Assembly (NCBI RefSeq): GCF_001194135.2
Contig: NC_069004.1
Location: forward strand, 21,296,677-21,341,340
Direction: 5' to 3'
Length of the DNA stretch: 44,664 nucleotides
From: Octopus bimaculoides
Lineage: Eukaryota
This document shows positions 35,292 through 44,664 of this stretch, piece after piece; position 1 is the stretch's first letter; every line of letters starts with the position of its first letter. The notes beneath the pieces were generated by a model that saw only the letters and a program-made list of their open reading frames with translations, was not told the DNA's origin and made no database searches. Made by a program: the position numbers and the translations under genes.

Positions 35292-38200
35292 GCTGCGGGG
35301 AAAGCAAGAGTCTAATAGGATTCTAACTTAACTTGGCTATAAAATGGCTCCACTGTAACCATGAAAGTTATCTCAATATTAACATAATAAACTACTCCAG
35401 GAGCTACTAATCTGGTCGTCTTCGGAGACATGAAGGACAAAAGTCAATGCCACTAATATCTATGGTTACTTGAAACCAATGGACAGTTTTGGTAATGAAA
35501 GTTCTTTGATATACTAAAGTGAAATTGGTTATGACAGGGAGAGCTTTTTGATTGGTTGATCAGGGCAGACATGAGCAACAACAACAACAACAATTAAATT
35601 AATAACAACCACAACAATGACGTCTTCTGCGAATACTAAGCTTATTGTTTTGCTATTGATTTTATTTTAATGCAGATACCATCTTTAGATAACATAACAT
35701 AAATGTTAGTCTGTGTTAGTCCCTGTACCATATTGGGTGGACATATGTAAGGTGCTAGTGTAAATATCCATCTTTAAACAAACAATACATGACCTTTACA
35801 ACAGCCCCACCCAACCCCCATCCACTCTAGATATTCTTTGGTATCTTTGTTGCCCTTTCAAAATGGTTCTGTAACTCATGTCTCGCATATCACCTTGGAT
35901 TATGATACATTGAAGGTTATTGTTACTGCTGTTGTTATTACTGTTTCTGCTACTGCTGATGTGTAAATGTGTAAAGTGAATTAAGAAGTCTTTCAACATT
36001 TCGTCAGAGTGGAGATGGGTAGCTGTAGCCTTCCTGAAGCTTTATTTCTTCGGGAGTGTGCATGTCTTGATGACAAGAAGGAGGAAGAGAGGGCATTATC
36101 CTCCAACTGGTGACCTAGTACAAATGTTTACAACGGAGGGTACCACTGAAGGGTACTCAAGGACCAAGGGGTGATGTTAAACCGGATTAGATTACATCTG
36201 TCACCCAAGAACTCAGAACACAAAGAACCAGAAGAAATACCACAAGGCACTTCATCTGGCATCCTGACAATTCCACAAAACTACCAGCATCTTAGATTTG
36301 TATTTAATTTTATCAACTGCCAAAAGGATGAAAGGCAAACTTGCCTCAGGAAGATTTGAACTCTGAACACAGAAAATCGACATACACTGAAAGCCTTCAT
36401 TTCAATGATTCTGCTAATTCATCATTTAGTTCCAGTCATTAAAAGCATTCCAGTTATGACCACCCCATCATTTTCACTACACTTAGTTTACTACAGGCTA
36501 CATTATCCAATGTGCTTATATGGTGTGATTTTAGGAGAAATTTGGTTACTGTTCAAATCAGTTGAGCACTCATATAGAAGCTCCCTCATAGATTTGTATG
36601 TAAGGAGTTATAGTTTGGTGAGCTTTGAAGGGGAAACCCTATGATATTCCAGCTACAACCATCCTGTATTTTGTGTGTGTGTTTGGGATTACATCGTTCA
36701 ACATAGTCTTCTTTGAGACACTAAGGTGTGAGTTGAGGGAGATTTGGCTGATATTTCTAGCAAGTAGAGACAGCATGTAAAAGTTGAATGGGTGTGTGTG
36801 AGTGTGTGTGTGTGAGAGAGTGAGTGAGTATGTCTGTGCATATGCATGTACATGTGTGTGTGTGTGTGTATGTGCACGAGCACTCTTGAGATTATGTTGT
36901 CTAATGCATTCTTCTTTAAGCCACTATGATGTAATCTGAGAGAAATTTGGCTATTTCTAGCAATTAGAATGACCATGTGAAGGTTAATGCCTCATTAACC
37001 CCGATACAAAAACATTTTGTTGTTTCTGCTGTTTAATCCTGAATCAACATTGGTCGAGCAGGTCTGTGACGAAAGACTAGTCCAGTCATGATCATTCCAT
37101 CTTTTATTTCACACTTTCTGCATACAAGACTCTATTATCCAATGTATTCTTTCCTATTTTAAGGTGATAGGGAATATTTTGACTGCTACTTCTAGCACAT
37201 CAGGCCACCACACAGAGGCTCCTGGCATAAGTTCGAATTCACTACAGATCTTGAGTTTCTTGGGCAGTACATTTTATTTTGCATTGTTTCAGTTCTTTCT
37301 CAAATGCCTAACGTATGGGGAGGTCGAGAGGGTGTATGAAATAAAGCAAGGTTTTGATATTCATGTTAAATCTGGGGATAAGCTTCAATGTTTACAAGCA
37401 ATTGATAAACACTGGAGTTTAATCTCTCACATTAATACTGGTTTTACATTTTGGTACTATGCCAGCAACTCTTTAAGTTGATGGTATCATCCCACTCCCT
37501 GTTTAACTTGTATTTATTTTATTGGCTCAAAAGGATGAAAGACAAAGTTGACCTCGGTAGATTTTGAACTCAGAACGTAAAGACAGATGAAATACCAGTA
37601 AGCATTTAGGCCAGTATGCTAACGATTCTGCCAGAATGTTAATATGTTTGACATATTAGCTCCTCCTAGTACAGTGGTATTAGGAATTTTATCTTTCCAA
37701 ACTATCTTGAGAATTTTTTGCAGGCATGTTAGGCGAAACAGAATGGAATTAGGACTGTAATATTTAATGTGACCATTCTTTATTTAAGATAGTAAGATGT
37801 GATATCCATCACAAGGTCCAGTCCTTGTCACAATGTAGTGGCTTGTGTGCCTCAATGACCCTGAGAGCTATGTCAGTAGAGCACAAGCATCTGGTAGAGC
37901 CTCCCATGCTGGACTGGTCAAAGGACAGAGGCCAGACTAATATGGATCACCCCTTCTCGGAGGTAACAATGGAATTAGATAGGACCAACACCCCTACCTA
38001 GAAAGCAAAGTTACAGATGCAAAATTGACAAGACCTGGAAGAGAAAAAGACAGTCAAGAACAGTGAAGAAAAGTTGATTGTCTTTGTTCCATAAAGAGTG
38101 AAGGACTTGAGTAAGTAAATTAAGGTGTGATGTAAGTTAAATTAGTAATTATTTCTAGCAGAACGATGGACCATATAAAGCTTTCCTCACTGGCTTGTAT

Positions 38201-39267
38201 TGATTCGTGGTTGATGTCCTTGATGTTGTTATTTAGGTCAATCCTACTTGAGCAGGTCTGTGATGGAAGGTATTCTAACCATAAGTATCTTTTTGTTTTT
38301 GTCGTTCCTTTGTACGGTATCACACATAATGATGGTCACTATAAAATGACGTTTTAGCCATCATCATTCGACTTTGTGTAGCTATGATCACCATTGTGAG
38401 GTATGTCTTTCATTAGAGTATTATTCAAGGTAATACTGCTACTAGTTTTAGCAGGTCAAATGATTTCATAAAAGTACCCTCTGTTAATGGCTTCAAATTT
38501 TGGTACAAAGCCAGCAATTTTAAGGGGTTAGTCAACTGGTATTTATTTTATCAATCCCGAAAAGAAGAAAGTCAAACTCGATCTTGGCGGAATTTGAATT
38601 CAGTACACAAAGAGCTAGAAGGAGTGCGGCTAAGCATTTTGCTCGAGGAGAAGGAGTTAGTCTGTATCATCGACTTCATTACATGCCTTGTACTTTATTT
38701 TATTGACCCCCAAAGGGATGAAAGGCAAAGTAGACCACGGCGGGATTAGAACTTAGAACGTTAAGAGCCGGATCTTGTTTTAATCACTACTAAATCGACA
38801 TTCGTTGAATCAAACGACAGACAAGCAACAGATAATTTATGTTTGACCTACGTTTACACTAAAACACGTCGACCTTGTGTCACCACCGTGTTCTAGAGAA
38901 ACACACACACACATACACACACACGCACACACACGCGCACACGCACACGCACACACACGCGCGCGCACACACACACAGATACACATACACGGGCGCGATT
39001 TTTTCTTATAAACCTTCTCTCTCCAGCCACTTTGCTCCATTTAAACAAGATAATATCTGTAGCAATCTGAATGTTAGGCTACAGTGGTCGCTTGACATGA
39101 CAAAGATAGTAGCTAAGTGGCCCTGAAATCAGTCTTCAATATCTTTTTTAAAAAGTGGGGTGGGGGGTTAACGTAGTTCTAGATGAACANNNNNNNNNNN
39201 NNNNNNNNNNNNNNNNNNNNNNNNNNNNNNNNNNNNNNNNNNNNNNNNNNNNNNNNNNNNNNNNNNN

Positions 39268-39295
39268 CAACAACAACAACAGCAGCAGCAGCAGC

Positions 39296-39365
<70 letters not shown>
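39268..39365. repeat. (CAA)n/(CAG)n microsatellite next to a gap
   Basis: Seen directly. Confidence 0.95.
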
Positions 39366-39851
39366 CCAAACAATTTCAGCAATATACACATCCCTGACTT
39401 CACCTACATAAAGCGCATAATTCCAATAACCAGATATTGTCAATTCCAATACACATTTGCGTTTATCGCTAAAATTAACCATTCCTATGATTTGCCTAGG
39501 CTGTCACATCAAAGGCAGGGCATTCGGGAATAAAGGGGGGGAAATGGTTTTCGTTCACAGATCAAATTAGAACTAGTCTCTCCATACATACATACATACA
39601 TACATACATACATACATACATACATACATACAGACAGACAGACAGATATGTGCGTACATACTACATACATACATACATGCCCGTGTTTGAATTGAAAAAT
39701 GTGAAAAATGTGAAAAAAGCACTCAATACAGGTTTTAGAGTTTATTTATACGTATTTAAAAATGTATGTTCTCTTTCTCTTTTTAATTTGCTACAATGTT
39801 GTGAAGGAAAGCACCTTGTGTTTGTTCATCATCCTTTTAATCTGTTACCTT

Positions 39852-41592
39852 TACGGGGGAGGTAGGACAACTATGAAAGAGAAGATATACAAAAAACCAT
39901 GACGGTATACAATATATCTGTCTCTTTTTTGCCAATTTAACGCATGATAGCAGCTCCTACTGTAGATTTTGGTAAAACTGAAGCACGGGCGTTTATGAAG
40001 TTTCTCTTTTTTTGCAAAGCAAAGGAGCACCGGAAACCCATGGTGAGATGAAGGAAGTCTTGAAAGATAACCACCCATCTTACTCCACAGTGAAAATTTG
40101 GGTGTCAAGGTTTCGGACTGGTCATTTTGAAGTCACAAATGAACCCCGGTCTCAGATGAACCCGCGACCACTGTGCATGTCATGAGTTTCGAGGACCGCC
40201 GGGTTTCAGCTAAAGTCATAACTGAGACTCTGGGGATTTCCCGTGAAAGAGTTGACCGCATAATCNNNNNNNNNNNNNNNNNNNNNNNNNNNNNNNNNNN
40301 NNNNNNNNNNNNNNNNNNNNNNNNNNNNNNNNNNNNNNNNNNNNNNNNNNNNNNNNNNNNNNNNNNNNNNNNNNNNNNNNNNNNNNNNNNNNNNNNNNNN
40401 NNNNNNNNNNNNNNNNNNNNNNNNNNNNNNNNNNNNNNNNNNNNNNNNNNNNNNNNNNNNNNNNNNNNNNNNNNNNNNNNNNNNNNNNNNNNNNNNNNNN
40501 NNNNNNNNNNNNNNNNNNNNNNNNNNNNNNNNNNNNNNNNNNNNNNNNNNNNNNNNNNNNNNNNNNNNNNNNNNNNNNNNNNNNNNNNNNNNNNNNNNNN
40601 NNNNNNNNNNNNNNNNNNNNNNNNNNNNNNNNNNNNNNNNNNNNNNNNNNNNNNNNNNNNNNNNNNNNNNNNNNNNNNNNNNNNNNNNNNNNNNNNNAGC
40701 ACTGCGTGAACGACAGTGCCGACCCCCGTATTCTGGTGAAAGGTAGTGTTTCTTTTTGACTCCGCGTGTGTTGTGCTTAAAAACGTGTTTATATTCTTGA
40801 ATGTGATAAAGTGTAGAATTAGATTATTATCCTGCTTCCAGCTTCAGTGTTGCAGCCAGGATTTGAAAAATAGGCCACATTTCCCCGCTTTATTTTGTGA
40901 TTTAGGGATGATTTTTGAAAAACAAGGGGTAATTCGCGGTGGAGTTCAATGAACAAACCAGGCACACTACCCGGCAGTGACTAAAACGCGAACTATGTTT
41001 GTTTCCTTTTACACACTATTAAAATAACAGTAAAAAATTCTCTGAAGCAACACCTCCACTAATTTTATCTACGAGCCGCCACTGCCATGAATGAAACTTA
41101 GCTTCATCATTATGATCCCCAGACCAAACATCAATCAATGGGATGGCGCTACCGCGATTCACTGCGTGCCAAAAAGTTTCGGACTCAGAAGTCAGCTGGA
41201 AAGATTCTAGCTTTAGTGTTCTGTGACAAAGACAGTACTCCCCATGAAATACCAGCCAAAGGGTCGCACCAACAACGAAGAATATTACATAGCTCTGTTA
41301 CGTGAAGCTTTGAAGCAGAAACGCTGTGGAAAGCTGAGCCGTGGTGACCTGTTTTTGCAGGACAATGCACCAGCACACACAGTACGGAAAATACGCGACT
41401 TTGGCTTCGAATTGGTAGGCCACCCACCTTATTCTCCGATTGGCCCCCTCCGACTTTTTACAACCGAAGGAACATCTCAAGGGAACGAAATTTTACTTCG
41501 ATTCGGAAGCAATTGCTGCTACAGAGACCTGGTTGGAGGCCCAACCATCAAAGTTCTTTTACAGGACTTAGAAAAGCTGCATGTAACACGTA
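39852..41592 (+). mobile_element. mariner (irritans-like) transposon, degenerate, spanning a gap and a foreign insert
   Basis: EARAFMKFLF, PSYSTVKIW...RFRTG, (D)ETxLHHYDP, QKSAGKILA, LQDNAPAH and HPPYSP. A possible left end TAcggggg at 39852. Confidence 0.88.
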
Positions 41593-42198
41593 CTTAACAG
41601 CTACTTGTAAGTTTGCCTGTTCAGAGACGTTTAATGCTAATTGTTCTATACTGTTAAGCTAACCAGAGTCCCACCGGGATGGCTGGTTCCTTTGTTTATT
41701 GTCCCTTTGGGGCTAAAATTTGAAAAAACAAAATTTTGTTTTGAAAAAAAAAAAGAAAGGAACATTAAAAGATGGTGTCATCTTCCGACACCAGCCACTG
41801 GAAGAGGATGTGGGAGTTGATTTTGAGAGGAGAATAAAACCTACCTCTGAATACCTCCCGACTTTATTTTGCTTATGGACGAAAATTGTCCCAAAGTGTA
41901 GAAAATGACACTGCTACAAGTGCCACGGCGACGACCGGAAACAACAACATCAGCGACTTACCAAATTAAAGAGGACAACAACAAATACCTCCTACGTTCC
42001 CCGATTAGGCCTAACCACAACAGTCTCATGTGACGAGAGGGAAAATTACAAACCTGGCCTCAGTGGAGCTCTGATCAACTTAGATCAGTCGAAAGATCTC
42101 AATAGAATCAAGCATTCTACAGTTCTATATTTAAGAGATGAAGAATTATGTATATTATTTACATTCGACGGATATTTGTCCTCATCTTGTTTGTTGTT

Positions 42199-42244
42199 AA
42201 CACAACGTTTCGGCTGATATACCCTCTAGCCTTCATCAAGTGTC
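42199..42244 (-). ncRNA. Mirror hammerhead copy with a C3-to-U core change
   Basis: GACAC-TTGATGA-A-GGCTA(gagggtatat)CAGCC-GAAA-CGT-T-GTGTT. Confidence 0.75.
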
Positions 42245-42319
42245 TTGGAGAATTTTCGAACCTGGGTCCTCATTCCTAAGGCATTTTTCGATGAGAACCC
42301 AGGTTCGAAAATTTCCCAA

Positions 42320-42365
42320 GACACCTGATGAAGACTGGATGGTATATCAGCCGAAACGTTGTGTT
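42320..42365 (+). ncRNA. Minimal type-I hammerhead ribozyme, core intact
   Basis: Stem I GACAC/GTGTT, CTGATGA, an extra A, stem II GACTG/CAGCC, GAAA, palindromic stem III ACGT, predicted cleavage after GUU (42360). Confidence 0.85.
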
Positions 42366-42439
42366 AACAACAAACAAGATGAGGACAAATATCCGTCAAA
42401 TGTAAATAACGTACATAATTCCTCATCTCTTAAATATAG

Positions 42440-44664
42440 AACTTATTATCTAATCGGTACGGAGCCGACATTAGACTTCAATGGAGACATATAGAGAAAC
42501 TCCATAAAAAAACTAGCTCGTCTTTCAAACCATCTGACATTCTTGTGTAGATGTAGAGACTCAAAGCTAATACCACCTTCCTTGAATATGACACCAGTGG
42601 ATTCATATAAAGCTAGAAGAGTAACGAAAAGGGCAGGACATGCCTTCATCCATGAGAGGATCCATTACAACCGTTGGAAAAAAAAACATCAACTAAATAA
42701 CGAAACCAAAGAAAGGTTATCCTCATTAGTTAGGAAAATAACCAGAGATGATGATAGAAAAAGAATCCAACAAGATCTAGAAAAATCGTACATGAAAAAA
42801 TTCCATGGTGAAAAAATGGTGAAGACACACCAGATTAAGAAGTTTATGAAATTCAAAGGTCTGAGAATGAAGACTGAAGTCCGTCCTCAACTTCGCGACA
42901 ACCATCAAGCGCATTCCATACTTGGACATAATAACCCCTATTGAAGAGATAGCCATAAAGATACCAAAAGCTCAGGGAGATGAACTAAGGTGGAAAGTGA
43001 GACATGTACTAGAAAAAGCGAAACTTTCCAAACCAAACATCACTAAGGAAGAAAAGTTCGCTATCAAAAGGCTACAAGGAGACAATTCCATCATAGTTCT
43101 CCCAGCGGACAAGGGAAATGCTACAGTGGTGATGAACAAGTCTGACTACTCTGAAAAATTGGCAAGTCTTATAAGTGATGGTAGCTACAGCAAAGAAAAG
43201 AAAGACCCAACTCTGAAAACAGAGAGGAAGTTGTCACAGATCTTGATCAAGAACAAGGATCACTTTACACCAATGAATTACAGACAACTGACTCAATACT
43301 ACAGTAAACTGCCACACATGTACTGTCTTCCTAAGATTCACAAGGATGGTATTCCATTAAGACCTATAGTGAGCTGTAGAGGTTCAGCATGTCATTCACT
43401 GAGCCACTTCCTTGTGGATATAATCAGTCCATTAGCAGGAAAGTCAACATCGTGCGTGAAGAATTCCACTCATTTCCCGGATATGATCAAGGATGGTGAG
43501 TCTGGATGTGATAAGTCAAGGATGGTGAGTCTGGATGTGATAAGTCAGTTCACCAAAGTCCCAACCGGTGAAGCACTATTGGTGATTCAAGAAAAACTAG
43601 TAACGGACACCCATCTAAAAGAACGCACTAGTATACCAATAAGAAACCTGATGGAAATGTTGACCTTCTGTGTAGAGACTACCTACTTCCGTATGGGCAC
43701 TGATATATATCGACATGAAGAGGGTTTAGCTATGGGTTCGCTATTATCACCGATTATAGCCAATATATACAAGGAATACTTTGAGAATTTGCTTTCAGGA
43801 TCAACACCACTAAAACCAACCCTATGGCTGCGATATATTGATGATACCTTTATTCTCTGACCCCACCAGGAAGATGTCCAAGTGCTGTTAGATCATGTGA
43901 ACTCAATAAAACCACCCATACAGTTCACAATGGAAAAGGAAAAAGACAATCAGTTAGCATTCCTAGACTTATTAATAACACGCACCAAGTATGGATTCAG
44001 GACATCCGTATACCGCAAGCCGACCTTCACTGGACGATACCTTAACTTTAATTCCCACCATNNNNNNNNNNAGCCGACCTTCACTGGACGATACCTTAAC
44101 TTTAATTCCCACCATCCATACAGAGGGATTGCTCAGTGCCTAAAACATCGAGCAAAGAATATAAGTAGTGGATCGTGATACCCACCACGAAGAAATGATC
44201 AAGCTAAGTAACAATCTATTAAGTAACAACTACCCCCCCCCCCAAAAAAAGCATACTATCCACTTTAAGTATGAAGAAAAGAGAGGATNNNNNNNNNNAA
44301 AAAAAAAGCATACTATCCACTTTAAGTATGAAGAAAAGAGAGGATGAAACCAATAAACTGTCCACAGTCTGTCTACCTTACATGAAAGGCCTCTCCGAAA
44401 AGATACAAAATACATGCAGCCCATATGACATCAGGACATTATTCAAGAGCAATACAAAACTTCGTAAATATCTCCTTCGAGAAAACCACCAATAGAAGAG
44501 AATATGATCAAAGACTGCGTGTACTCCATCCCATGCAGCTGTGGTAGGTTATACAAAGGCGAAACATGCCGCACCGCTCAAAATAAAGGTAGACGAACAT
44601 CGCAAAGCTGTGACACGAGGAGATATTGATAAATCAGGTATAGCTGATCATGTATGGAAAAATG
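42440..44664 (+). mobile_element. Penelope/Poseidon-type retroelement ORF (RT plus GIY-YIG), pseudogenised, running off the window
   Basis: PADKGNATVVM, PKIHKDGIPLRPIVS, MVSLDVISQFTKVP, GLAMGSLLSP, WLRYIDDTF, FLDLLI, VYRKPT, then CVYSIPCSCGRLYKGET. Frameshift at the A7 run 42506-42512, another near 42920, and a TGA at 43858. Confidence 0.95.

Larger units (their letters stand above)
42121..42443. repeat. Palindrome: 153-bp arms (42121-42273 and 42291-42443), 17-nt loop, 11 mismatches; inverted pLTR of the Penelope element
   Basis: Base-by-base comparison of the arms, about 93% identity. Confidence 0.97.

Noticed and set aside
37164-37481. 105-aa plus-strand ORF
   Set aside because: No recognisable motif or splice context, and within chance expectation.
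38120-38323. 67-aa ORF as a possible SLCO loop exon
   Set aside because: It overlaps a reverse copy of the ~200-bp dispersed repeat and has no OATP motif.
39400-39500. Minus-strand stretch QIIGMVNF...NYALYVG|GTGAAG as the next upstream SLCO exon
   Set aside because: The phase would fit, but it lacks the G-x-x-Y-(I/L)-D-D/E-N motif, the spacing is wrong and the donor is weak. The real exon is probably outside the window or in a gap.
44012-44345. Short direct repeats on both sides of the 10-N gaps in the Penelope ORF
   Set aside because: Identical sequence either side of a gap is typical of unmerged contig overlaps.

Overview
AT-rich, microsatellite-dense eukaryotic scaffold DNA with eight N-gaps; the SINE/RTE repeat landscape looks like an octopus (coleoid cephalopod) genome, which is an inference. 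The only host gene I can support is a minus-strand SLCO/OATP organic anion transporter. Five internal exons (34072-33986, 20737-20531, 15178-15014, 13687-13501, 1712-1586) join in frame at GT-AG sites and give the OATP signature D-P-RW-I-GAWW-I-GFL and the Kazal-like loop. Its 5' and 3' exons lie outside the window or in gaps. The rest is intron filled with decayed transposons: Penelope-like elements (PLEs), RTE, CR1-group and R4/Dong-like LINEs, two mariners, a Tc1, a non-autonomous Helitron, a piggyBac-type MITE and at least three tRNA-derived SINE families. The most interesting layer is RNA structure. A Penelope copy starts with a 323-bp palindrome carrying two opposed minimal hammerhead ribozymes, intact on + and core-mutated on the host-sense strand. 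Four more hammerhead-like remnants and three other long fold-backs sit in the same introns. PLE hammerheads are a known class, so I do not claim a wholly new system; the density, the inverted architecture and the possible strand bias are what merit testing. All identities were estimated by eye.
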